Assembly (NCBI GenBank): GCA_951406725.2
Contig: OX597819.1
Location: 60,264,001-60,328,000, forward strand
Source: Octopus vulgaris
Taxonomy: Eukaryota
Direction of reading: 5' to 3'
DNA length: 64,000 nucleotides
The notes beneath the pieces are model-generated. The model was not told the origin of the DNA and made no database searches. It worked only from the letters and a program-made list of their open reading frames with translations. This document shows, piece by piece, positions 39,475 to 51,439 of this stretch. Each line of letters starts with the position of its first letter. The first letter of the stretch is position 1. The position numbers were made by a program, and so were the translations under genes.

Positions 39475-39767
39475 AACACACACTCACACACACACAGATA
39501 ACTTGTTCATCAGTGAATTTGACAATGACGTAGGAACTAGCAAAAGAATAATAGATAAAAGTATAATTTAAAAAATAAACATAAGAAGAGAAAGAAATGA
39601 AAGAGAAAACGAAAGAGAAAGACGCCCAAAACTATCACTTATAGCCATTGGTGATCAATGAAAGAAATTATCTCAGCCATACAGCATCTCAACAGAGCCA
39701 CATCCATGCAGGGACCAGAGAATATGTGTGTATACATACATACATACATACATATATATATATATAT

Positions 39768-40114
39768 ATTTGATTTGATTTTGATATTGGTGATGCTGTT
39801 ACATCAACATCAGCAATATCAGAATCAAATCAAATGGAAATTGTAGTTGTGATCCCTGTGCCAGTAGCACGTAAAAAGCACCATCCAAATGTGTTCAATG
39901 CCAGCGTTGCCTTGACTGGCCTCCGTGCTGGTGGCACATAAAACGCACTTACTATACACTCAGAGTGGTTGGCGTCAGGAAGAGCATCCAGCTGTAGAAA
40001 TACTGCCAGATCAGATTGGGGCTTAGTGCAGCCTCCTGGCTTCCCAGAGCCCAGTCGAACCGTCCAACCCATGCCAGCATGGAAAACGGACATAAAACGA
40101 TAATGATGATGATG

Positions 40115-40116
<2 letters not shown>
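39768..40116 (+). mobile_element. RTE 3'-end fragment
   Basis: aaatcaaatggaaattgtagttgtg...gtgccagtagcacgtaaaaagcacc...(GAT)n. Confidence 0.8.
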
Positions 40117-40171
<55 letters not shown>

Positions 40172-41024
40172 CATATATTTTTACACACATAGACACACGT
40201 TTCAATATTTTGCCTAGGCATTGTGAGACTTATAGCCTGGTGTAGAACTCAATATACGTATTTTTCAGAAGGAAGTGCTAGATAAGTAGTTAGTTGAGTG
40301 CCTGAACTCAACTAAGAGCCCACTGCATTTTATAACAGAAACGGCTGTAAGCTAATGGAGTTCATAACATTACCATTGTTTTTCCTGTGTAACCTTTCTC
40401 TCATGTGTGTGTGTGTGTGTGTGTGTGGTAGCCATGTGTCTTCTCTATGTGCTATCATAGTTTAGCCTCTTAAGACCAGACATAAAACCACCTTCCCCTC
40501 AAACATACAACCCACTCAGTCAAAAGGGTCCTTTTTTTACTTTCTTTTCCTGTAAGTTACTTGGTGACCTCCCTGGTGCCATACCCAGTACACACTATAA
40601 AGTGGTTGACATTAGCAAAGGCATCCAGCTTCAAAAACAATGTAAAATCTGAAATTCAGAGCTCAATGCAGTCCTGCAGCTTATCTGAAATTCAGAGCTC
40701 AATGCAGTCCTGCAGCTTGTTATATCTTATGAAACCATCCGACTCATGCCAGCATGGAAAATGAATGCTAAATGATAATGATGAGGTAAGTGCAGGTGCA
40801 TGCTGTGAGGTTGAGAAGTTTGCTTCCCAACCACATGGTTCCAGGTTCACTTCCACTCCATAGCACCTTGGCCAAATGTCTTCTTCTATAGCCTCAGACT
40901 GGCCAAAACATTGTGAGTAGATTTTGAAGACAGAAGCTAAAAGAAACTCACAGTGTTTGTGTGTGTGTATAAATATATATATATATATATATGTGTGTAT
41001 GTGTGTGTATATATATATGTATAT

Positions 41025-41380
41025 ATATTGGGCTTAATGGAGGCAAAGTGGCTGAGTTCCTTTCAAGTGTTGGACGTCATGGAGGCAATGACCGAGGCCT
41101 TTGGCATTATGTTGTACTTGAGAAGAAAACCCATCAAGCTGAGCAAGATTGCAGTCGTGCAGATACTGGCGTCATGCAATTGGCACCTGTTCCGGTGGTA
41201 TGTAAAAGCACCAATTACACTCTCAGAGTGGTTGGCATTAGGAAGGGCATCCAGCTGTAGAAAACCATGCCAAATTAGACTGGAGTCAGGTGCAGCCTTC
41301 CAGCATGCCAGGAAGGTCAAACCATCCAACCCATGCCAGCATGGACAACAGACATTAACTGATGATGATGATGATGATGA

Positions 41381-41383
<3 letters not shown>
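41025..41383 (+). mobile_element. RTE 3'-end fragment
   Basis: ...MTEAFGIMLYLRR-like ORF end followed by the standard tail and (GAT)n. Confidence 0.75.
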
Positions 41384-41412
<29 letters not shown>

Positions 41413-41415
<3 letters not shown>

Positions 41416-42127
41416 CAAAGCAGTTTGATTCAAATTCGTTGGTACTCAGTGAGTTTCAAGCATGATGCTAATCTTTTAGCCATTTTGAATTTGAATGAAA
41501 GGAGTTGATTGTTATTACTGAAAGTTGTGCTGTGATTGGTCAAGGAAGGTCACATGGTGTCGTTGTTTGATGTTGGTATAACCATATACCAGTGACAACA
41601 GTTCGTTAGAAAACACCACACAGTCAACAGGAAATAGACCACGTGGTTGTCAGGAAATCAGTCAGGTTGTTAGAGAGGAAGTAGGAAGGGGTGGTATGCA
41701 CAAATATATAGTTGAATATGTGTGTGTGGACATGCTCATATGATTTTGCATGCGTGTCTGTATTGATGTATGCATGTGCATCTGTACATGGGCATGCATG
41801 CGCATACCCCACCCACATATATATCTATAGATATATGAATGGACAGGCACGTGCATGCACACATGCACACAGGTGCACATACACATTCATGCACACACAC
41901 ACCTGCCTCCCCTCCACATATATATGCATGCATGCATATATGCATACATACATTATACATATGAATGACTACACATATCTGGACACCACGTGACCTTCCT
42001 CAACCAATTGCAGCCCACCTTACGGTAGTAACAATCTACTTCCTCATTCAAATTCAAAATGGCTGAAGATTAGCATCACACTTGAAACTCTTGAGTACCA
42101 ACAAATTTGAATCAAACTGTTTTGATC
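41413..42127. mobile_element. MITE-like element with ~147-bp terminal inverted repeats
   Basis: 41413-41561 (gatcaaagcagtttgattcaaatt...ggtcacatggtgtc) is the reverse complement of 41982-42127. Confidence 0.8.
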
Positions 42128-42285
42128 CATTAATGTAACTCCCAATAAACGTGTTAAGTACCCTTCTTTTGTTTGTCCACTCACTCATACATACACACAC
42201 ACACATACACACACACATATATATATATGCATGCATTGTACATAAAAATGAACATGCATGTGCGGCTATATAAATATGCTCTAGA

Positions 42286-42472
42286 GAGTGGCGAGCTGGC
42301 AGAATCATTAGCATGCCAGGCAAAATGCTTAGTGGTATTTCATCCATCAACGTGTTCTGAGTTCAAATTCTACTGAGGTTATGCACTGTGGTCAATGTAA
42401 TCGACTTACTCCCTTTGTCTGTCCTTGTCTGTCTCCTCTGTGGTTAGCCTCTTGTGGGCAATAAAGAAATAA
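42286..42472 (+). mobile_element. SINE family B with internal deletion
   Basis: ggcgagctggcagaatcattagc...gtgggcaataaagaaata. Confidence 0.8.
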
Positions 42473-43365
42473 ACATATATATATATATATGCTCTGATGA
42501 GTGCAGAGTTACATAATCGGACTGTTATCTAACATTCTGTTAAACCCTTAGTGTGAAACCAATTGGCAAGATCAGCCATATTGGATATATAATACTGTAC
42601 ACTGATTATTATAAATATCTGTGCGTATTTTCAATATTCTGTAAAAAGATGTCTGGTCATGGGAAAATACTACCCGGCTTGGAAACAAGGGATAGTTGGT
42701 GACAGGAAGGGTAACTGCCTATAGAAAATTCTGTCTAAATGAATTCTATTCAGTCCATGGGAGCATGGAAAAGTGAATATTAAATCAATGAAATTGATAT
42801 ATATCATCATCATCATCATCATCATCATTTAACATCCATTAAATGATGATGATGATGATGATGCACACACATATATTCCTATCAATTGTACACAGCTTTG
42901 TCCAGCCCATGAAATTTAATTTCATTAATTCAGTCTGTGGTGGATGGTGTGGGATCAGAAATTGATTTTAAACTGATGCCAGCAATCTTCAATTTTTTTC
43001 CTGGAGATGTTGATTCAATAAAATTTTTTTGCAAGAAATTCAAAATTTTTTTCTAGCTGAGCTTTATAAAAATGTGCAAAATAAATAAATATAGAATCTA
43101 AAAATTATATAACTTTGACCTCCACCCTGAAAAATGTATCCTTTCATAAAATTTTAGCCACCCAGGGTACAAAAGTGTGGCCTACAACTTTGAATATACT
43201 GTATATATACACACATGCACACATATACATACATATTCATAAACACACACACATACATACACACATACATATGTTCACTCATACATATGTACATACATAT
43301 ATGCATACATACACACTTTTATGTATTAAGTTTTACTTTAAGAAAGACAACTGCATGTCAATGTT

Positions 43366-43399
43366 ATGATGACAATGATAATGATGATGATAATGATAT

Positions 43400-43432
<33 letters not shown>

Positions 43433-43506
43433 CGACGACGACGACGACGACGACGATGATGATGATGATAACAATGGCAATGACTATGATGACAACGATG
43501 ATGATT
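43366..43506. repeat. (GAT)n/(GAC)n microsatellite
   Basis: Directly visible; it is the source of the poly-Asp ORF. Confidence 0.95.
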
Positions 43507-44635
43507 TTATTCTTCTAAATTCAAATTAACAAGGTTAGATTTTTTTTTTTAATGTCATTCTACAGAAGACAAAAAAATTTTTTTTTTAAATAATCATTAC
43601 ATAATTTTGTTTACTAATTATTTTAATTAATACTATTTAAGATCCGAAAAATTTATTGTAAATTCATTAAAAGTTCCAAATTGGATCTGAAAATCCAATT
43701 TGGAATTTGAATGAAAATTTTTAAATTCTAAAACAATAAATATCTTTCTTTTGTTCCATTTAATGTCATTTACTGGGTAATAATTCTATTTTCTCATGTA
43801 AAGCGAAAGCAATGTATTATCGCTATTTTAAGTCTTCTTTCAAAAGAAGAAATGTAAATCTTCGTTAATAGTTAGAAGTGTTTAGCTGTAGTCAAAGAAT
43901 GACAGGTAAATATGACACAACTTTATACTTAATCATTTCCTTTAAGTTTGAGCACTCTAATGATAGCCAGGACGGTTGTTTGTGTCTACTTAACTAGTTT
44001 CCTAATCATAAAGGAAGTAAGCTATAACATATGTAATATATAAACGCTTTGCCTACTTTGAACACAATAAGGAATGTACAATTAGGATGTTTTAAATGTT
44101 GTTGAAAGAGAACTGGTCATTTCAAAATTTGTACCTACTACAAAGACATGAGATGATTGTGGCACAGACTTGACGCTTAACTTTCCCCATACTTCCGAAT
44201 TACAGCAGACTGACTGACTAGCTTGTTGTTAATTTGTAGTCAAATCAATCTCTATTGCTACCTTGTTGACCAGAATTAAGGCTATAATAGAGCACCAGTT
44301 TGTTAGTAGATACTTTAATGTAAGCTGTGTGCGTCATTTGTGTCTCTAAATGACACGAACTATGAATCGACTATTGTGGCTTCTGGGTCATGCTCACAAT
44401 TAGCTTTTGAAAACAGGTTGGAAATTAAACCTTATATCTAAAATTAGAAAATCAAATTAAAGTTTGCACTCAAAATAATTGTCTAATATTCAGAGAAGTA
44501 TCTTTTTTTTCTTTTTTTGTCTATTTCTTTTTTTTAGAGAAATAAAATGAAATTAAAATTAAACAAAAAAAAATATTTTAAGCATTACTAAACTTTTATT
44601 GTAACATGTTAGCTATCAATGTATTGATTGAATAG

Positions 44636-45010
44636 TGGAGGTGCAATGGTCCAGTGGTTAGTGCAGTGGACTCGTGGTCATGGGATCGCGGTTTCAATTC
44701 CCAGACCGGGTGCTGTGAGTATTTATTGAGTGAAAACACCCAAAGCTCCACAAGGCTCCAGCAAGGGATGGTGGCAAACCCTACTGTACTCTTTCACAAC
44801 AACTTTCTCTCACTCTTTCTTCCTGTTTCTGTTGTACCTGTATTTCAAAGGGCCAGTCTTGTCACACTCTGTGTCACGCTGAATCTTCCCAAGAACTACG
44901 TTAAAAGTACACATATCTGTGGAGTGCTCAGCCACACTTGCACATTAATTTCATGAGCAGGCTGTTCTGTTGATTGGATTGGCTAGAACCCTCATTGTTA
45001 TAACCAATGC
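44636..45010 (+). mobile_element. tRNA-derived SINE (family C), full length
   Basis: tggaggtgcaatggtccagtggttag...ggtttcaattcccagacc; shares a module with 49035-49355. Confidence 0.8.
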
Positions 45011-45087
45011 CATGATTGGTTGAATTGAAAAAATTTCTTTGGTTTTGTGTTGGTCATTCTATGATCATATGTGTGCATTATATTAAT

Positions 45088-45288
45088 CTTTTTTACTTGT
45101 TTCAGTCATTTGACTGCAGCCATGCTGGAGCACCGCCCTTAGTCGAGCAAATTGACCCCAGGACTTATTCTTTGTTAGCCTAGTATTTATTCTATCGGTC
45201 TCTTTTGCCAAACTGCTAAGTTACAGGGATGTAAACACACCAGCATCAGTTGTCAAGCGATGGTGGGGATACAAACACAGATACACAA

Positions 45289-45330
<42 letters not shown>

Positions 45331-46188
45331 TATCATCATCATCATCATCATCATCGTCTAACGTCCGTTTTCCGCGCTAGCACGGGTTGGACGGTTCGAC
45401 CGGGGTCTGGGAAGCCAGGGGCTGCTCCAGGTTCCAGTGTGATCTGGCAGAGTTTCTATGGCTGGATGCCCTTCCTAACGCCAACCACTCCGCGAGTGTA
45501 GTGGGTGCTTTTTACGTGCCACCTGCACAGGTGCCAGGGGGGGGTCCGGCATCGGCCACGATCGGTTGGAGCTTTTAACGTGCCAGCAGCACGGCAGCCA
45601 GCCAAGGAGGTGCTGGCAACCTTCGGATGGTGCTTTTTATGTGCCACCGGCACAGAAGCCAGTAGGGGTGGCGCTGGCATCGGCCACGTTCAGATAGTGC
45701 TTTTTATGTGCCACCGGCACAGGCATCACAACTACTATTTCCATTGATATTTATTTCGACGTTCATGTTCATGTACTTCACTCAACAGGTCTCCTCAAGC
45801 ACAGTGGGACGTTCTGGGATCCAGGGTACTTTGAATGGGCAGGGGCTATGCGGAACTGATGCAGGAAACAGCCCGGGTCTTTGCAGTCACAGCATATCTC
45901 CAGAGATCTCGGTCCTTCGCCATTGCCTCAGTGAGGCCCAACGCTCTGAGGTCATGCTTGACTACCTCATCCCATGTCTTCCTGGGTCTATATATATATA
46001 TATATATATATGTGTACATATATACGATGGGCTTCTTTCAGTTTCTGTCTACCAAATCCACTCACAAGGCTTTGGTTGGCCTGAAGCTATAGTAGAAGAT
46101 ACTTGCCCAAGGTGTCACGCAGTGGGACTGAACCCAGAACCATGTGGTTGGTTAGCAAGCTTCTTACCAGACAGCCTCTCCTTGCCCA
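45088..46188 (-). mobile_element. SINE family A split by an RTE 3' fragment (45331-45988)
   Basis: SINE tail at 45088-45320 and head at 46022-46188; the RTE ORF end and 3' UTR sit in the SINE's internal (TA)n. Confidence 0.8.
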
Positions 46189-46636
46189 TATATGCATCAT
46201 AACTTTATTTCAGCTGAAATTGTGACAGTATATGCATAGCCGATAATTATCTTCCAAGTTGTGTTTAACCGACATATGTCGATAAATGTCAGGCATGGCT
46301 GTGTGGTTAAGAAGTTTACTTCCCAGCCATGTGGTTTTGGGTTCAGTTCCACTGAATGGCACTTTTGGCAAGTGTCTTCTAATATAGCATCAGGACAACA
46401 AAGCTTTGTTAGACAGATGTTGAAAGAAGGTCTTTGTGCATGTGTGTGTGTCTGTGTGTGTGTGTGTGTGTGTGGGGGGGTTGTGTGTGTGTGTATGGGG
46501 TATTTGTGTGTTTGTGTGTGTGTGTGTGTGTGTTTGTGTTTGTGCGTGTGTATGTATGTGCATGTGTGTGCGCATTTGTGTTTGTGTGTGTGTGTTTGTG
46601 TGTAGATACATATACATACATATATATATATATATA

Positions 46637-47153
46637 TCTATATATATAAAACTGTAGTTGTGTGAGTGTCTGTCCCCTTCGATTTAGATTCCTAACCACT
46701 CCCACATTGTGCGGTGCAGTTTAACCAAATTCGGGTATCTTATAGTCGTGATTAATATCGAGCCCGTCTGGCTATTAGCACGCGTCTACGATGAGTCTAC
46801 GATTTTAAAAATAATTTAACATAATTTTTTATTCCATTTTAATGAATAATTTTTCGTGTGTCGATGGCGGCGGAGTTGGCGTCCACGCTCAAACACCTGC
46901 ACCTGTGTTTGCTTCTCCCCCTTCTTCCCTCCCTCGTGAAGCTGTGGGGAAGGGAGTTTAAGGAAATCAACGTCGTAATGCGTTGTCAAGGAGACCAGCG
47001 TTCTTTTAGAACAACAACTTCATGGCTTGAAGACACCAAAACAGAAATGGCTAAGAAAGCCCGAATTGGCATCTATAAGGGAAGTAACTCTCTAAAAATG
47101 CTTATATAGTTATTTCCCTTACAAACCCGAGCAACGCCGGGCGATACTGCTAG
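46637..47153 (+). mobile_element. Helitron H1 copy 1 of tandem trio
   Basis: TC start, hairpin, CTAG end. Confidence 0.9.
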
Positions 47154-47221
47154 TATATATATAATATATTAATAAATAAAACATATGCATATATATATAC
47201 ATATATGTACGTACCTACCTC

Positions 47222-47271
<50 letters not shown>

Positions 47272-47274
<3 letters not shown>

Positions 47275-47780
47275 ATATATATAAAACTCTAGTTGTGTGA
47301 GTGTCTGTCCCCTTCAATTTAGATTCCTAACTCCTCCCACATTTTGCAGTGCAGTTTAACCAAATTCGGGTATCTTATAGTCGTGATTCATATCGAGCCC
47401 GTCTGACTATTAGCGCGCGTCAACGATGAGTCTACGATTTTAAAAATAATTTAACATAATTTTTTATTCCATTTTAATGCATAAAATGCATCGTGTGTCG
47501 ATGGCGGCGGAGTTGGCGTCCATGGTCACAGCTGCACCTGTTTGCTTCTCCCCCTTCTTCCCTCCCTCGTGAAGCTGTGGGGAAGGGAGTGTAAAGAAAT
47601 CAACGTCGTAATGCGTTGTGAAGGAGACCAGCGTTCTTTTAGAACAACGACTTCATGGCTTGAAGACACCAAAACAAAAATGGCTAAGAAAGCCCGAATT
47701 TATAAGGGAAGTAACTCTCTAAAAATGCTTATATAGTTATTTCCCTTACAAACCCGAGCAACGCCGGGCGATACTGCTAG
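47272..47780 (+). mobile_element. Helitron H1 copy 2 of tandem trio
   Basis: TC start, hairpin, CTAG end. Confidence 0.9.
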
Positions 47781-48286
47781 TATATATATAAAACTGTAGT
47801 TGTGTGAGTGTCTGTCTCCTACGATTTAGATTCCTAACTCCTCCCACATTTTGCGGTGCAGTTTAACCAAATTCAGGTATCTTATAGTCGTGATTCATAT
47901 CGAGCCCGTCTGAGTATTAGTGCGCGTCTACGATGAGTCTACGATTTTAAAAATAATTTAACATAATTTTTTATTCCATTTTAATGTATAATTTTTCGTG
48001 TGTCGATGGCGGCGGAGTTGGCGTCCACGCTCAAACACCTGCACCTGTGTTTGCTTCTCCCCCTTCTTCTCTCCCTCGTGAAGCTGTGGGGAAGGGAGTT
48101 TAAGGAAATCAATGTCGTAATGCGTTGTCAAGGAGACCAACGTTCTTTCAGAACAACGACTTCATGGCTTGAAGACACCAAAACAGAAATGGCTAAGAAA
48201 GCCCGAATTGGCATCTATAACTCTCTAAAAATGCTTATATAGTTATTTCCCTTACAAACCCGAGCAACGCCGGGCGATACTGCTAG
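47781..48286 (+). mobile_element. Helitron H1 copy 3, directly abutting copy 2
   Basis: CTAG|TATATATATAAAACTG junction; same 3' hairpin and CTAG end. Confidence 0.9.
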
Positions 48287-48397
48287 TATATATATATATA
48301 GTTAATTCAAACATGAACAAAGAGAAAACACAACAACCCGAGGACGTGGAACAAATATAGTGTTATTGGACACTCAGGAAAGGAAAGAAAGAAGAAG

Positions 48398-48434
48398 GAT
48401 TTAACGTTTCAAGCAGAGCTCTTCGTCAGAAACA
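48398..48434 (-). ncRNA. Minimal type I hammerhead motif in a Penelope-like pLTR (48300-48510)
   Basis: Minus: GUUU CUGACGA a GAGC ucu GCUU GAAAC GUU AAAU; palindromic AACGUU replaces stem III. Confidence 0.62.
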
Positions 48435-49034
48435 TAGAAAAAGGAAAGGTCCAAGGAAGGGAAAATGGAGAAAGAAAATCGCCAACAATATACATGCAGT
48501 CACATGAACAATCCTGCAGAAACAGCATTTAGCTAACCCCTGATTATAATTATGCTTATAATTATAGAATATATACATATATATCATTATCAACATCATC
48601 ATCGTTTAACGTCTGCTCTCCATGCTAGCATGGGTTGGATGGTTTGACTGAGGACTAGTGAACCAGATGGCTGCACCAGGCTCCAATCTGATCTGGCAGA
48701 GTTTCTACAGTTGGATGCCCTTCCTAACACCAACCACTCTGAGATTGTAGTGGGTGCTTTTATGTGCGTTTCCTGCCACTGCTTGACAACCAATGTTGGT
48801 GTGTTAACATCCCTGTAACTTAGCGATTTCGCAAAAGAGACCAATAGAATAAGTATTAGGCTTTAAAAAATAAGTGTTCGGGTTAATTCATGTGACTAAA
48901 ATTTCTTCAAGGTGGTGCTCCAGCATGGCCAGTCTAATGACGGAAATATGTAAACGATAAAAGATGCAAACTATGATGTTGATGAAAATGATGATAATGA
49001 CGTCAGAGAACTAATGATAATAATAATTTATAAT

Positions 49035-49355
49035 TGGCACTCCATCAGTTATGAAGTGAGTTCCCATTGATATGATCAATGGAACAGCCTGCTCGTGAAA
49101 TTAACATGCAAGTGGCTGAGTACTCCACAGACATGTGTGCCTTTAATGTAGTTCTCAGGGAGATTCAGCATGGCACAGAATGTGACAAGACTGGCCCGTT
49201 TTGAATTACAAGTATAACTCATATTTGCCAGCTTAGTAGACTGAGGCAATGTGAAATAAAGTGTCTTGCTCAAGGACATAACACGCTACCAGGAATCGAA
49301 CAGACGACCTTACAATCGTGAAGTGAACATCTTTAACTACTAAGCCATGCACCTG
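49035..49355 (-). mobile_element. tRNA-derived SINE (family C)
   Basis: Minus head ggtgcatggcttagtagttaaag...gttcgattcct; body tctcagggagattcagc...gtgacaag. Confidence 0.75.
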
Positions 49356-50375
49356 CAGGAATGAGCTGTAACATCACTGGTGCCAAGCTGCATCAGTCTT
49401 TGCCTTTCTTTTGGATAACATCGATGGAGAGGTGAGGCTGGTATGCATGGGAAACTGCTGGTCTTTCATGAACAACTTTGCCTGGACTTGTGCCTCACAG
49501 AGAAACATTTTAGGTGCAATGTAATGTACGTCAGTGAAGAAATCATTGGCATTAGAAAGTGGGGTGTTCTTGGGTGAATCTTGATTGTTTCATAAAGAAT
49601 GTATTTTGATTTATAACTAATCTCTTTACTACTGCAAAAGTGGCAGATATGACAACTTGAATATAACTGGAGTAAGCAAACTTGGATACAAGACAACAAA
49701 GTCTTAAGCACCTCTTACAAAATTTCTCTTCCAAATATAACTATTGGCAAACATCAAGCAAGAAACCAAATTCAGTACACACACACACACATATCATATG
49801 AACACCTGATGGACCAGACTATCAGATATTTTTATACACTGCAGGTCACAATGAGTTTAACATTGTTATAGACTTCGAATGATGCCACCCTGCTGGCTGG
49901 GTGGGCAGGCTGACATTTTCCCTGATCAAAAGGCTAATCCATCACAGGGTTATCCATTTACAACTGAGTGGACTGAAGCAAAATGAAATGAAGTACCTTG
50001 CTCAAGAACACACCATGCCACCCAGTCCAGGAATCAAAACCACAATTTAGCAATTGCAAGTACAACAGCCTAACCACTGGACTATGTGGCTTCACTATAT
50101 ATATTATATACATATAATTCAGTATATGTAGTTATAGTAAACACCATTAATTTTTTAAAATTATTTCATCATCATTGTCATCGTCGTCATCATCATCCTT
50201 TTAACATACACTTTTCTATGCTTGTATGGATCAGACTGAATTTGCTGAGGTAGATTTTCTTTGGCTGGATACCCTTCTTGTTGCCAACCCTCACCTGTTT
50301 CCAAATAAGGTAATATTTCCCCATGACCAGACATGTTTTCATAGAAGATTGGAAATAAAGGAAGCTGCCTGTCTG

Positions 50376-50974
50376 CAGCTCCGTTGCATGATTTTTAGAG
50401 GCCCCCTGCAACTTTTTGTTTCAAGGCCCCATCCCTTCAATCAAAATCCATAATCTATGCACCTTTTTTTCATAGCTATATTCTACTTTATTCTATTTGA
50501 AGTTCAATATTTCACATTATCCTAAAGAACATCTTTAAAAGTATGAGTTAAATTTATTTAAGTCTATTACAAATTTCAATAAGTAAAACTTCCAGATATG
50601 AATAAAAAAGCACTTTTATAATCCAAGCAACTTTCAAAGATAAACACAGCACACTTTTCGCTTCCTTAAATCATCGATTAATACAGAATAATCAAGCTGA
50701 GAACTAGGTTTGTGTTCAATAGAGATCATAGACAATCCACAAAGTCTGGTACACGTTCGTGGTACAATGTAACATTTTTACAAGAACTTTTGCAGGTACA
50801 ATGTATTACCATTTTATTTCTTGAAATTTTCAGTTAACATAGTTTAATTCTTCTTCAACATCTTAACCAAATTAAAAGATGACTCATCTCCATACTTTGA
50901 TCTCAACATGGAACCCCTTAACAGTGGAGGCTCCTTGCGACCACAGGGGTTGCAGGGGCTTAGCAACGGCCATG
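50376..50974 (-). mobile_element. Internally deleted hAT transposon inserted into a SINE
   Basis: TIRs cagctccgttgc / gcaacggccatg; 8-bp TSD cctgtctg / cttgtctg. Minus ~50655-50737 reads LSMISIEHKPSSQLDYSVLIDDLRKRK (end of the hAT dimerisation domain). Confidence 0.75.
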
Positions 50975-51439
50975 CTTGTCTGACAGTGACACTCATTTAC
51001 ATCTGTTGCACGATGTCAAAACAAGTAGTTACTGACATGTACACAATACACACTCATAAATTCAAACATACACACTCATTCATACACATACATCCATTTA
51101 TCTATCTATCTGTTCATGACAGGCTTCTTTCAATTTTCATCAACAAAGACCATTCACAAAACTTTGGTAAGCTTAAACTGTAGTTGAAGACACTTGTCCA
51201 AGGTACTATGCAGTGGAACCAAATCAGAAACTACATGGTTGGGAAGCAAATTTCTGAACCATGTTACCATACCTGCAATGCACCTGAATACACACACCAT
51301 ATTTTTTTATTCTTTCATTTGTTTCACTCATTTGACTGCAGCCATGCTGGAGCACTGCTTTTAGTGGTTGGTAAGTAAGCTTCTTACACACAGTCACTCT
51401 TGCAATTTGAAATATCTACAGATATTTATAGAAATTTGA

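Noticed and set aside
42803-42862. Short palindrome (CAT)n...(GAT)n
   Set aside because: Two truncated RTE-type tails back to back; no independent function is needed to explain it.
43215-43529. Poly-Asp ORF
   Set aside because: (GAT/GAC)n microsatellite.
44636-44710. tRNA-like sequences (also at 12060-12130, 30087 and 59400)
   Set aside because: These are SINE heads with A/B boxes continuing into SINE bodies, without a complete cloverleaf.
46858-48242. Three similar ~80-aa ORFs resembling a tandem gene family
   Set aside because: They lie inside non-autonomous Helitron copies, and the copy at 31241 has a deletion in the same region.
49552-49741. Minus-strand Cys-rich ORF with an upstream AG
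   Set aside because: No recognisable homology, no donor site and no partner exons.
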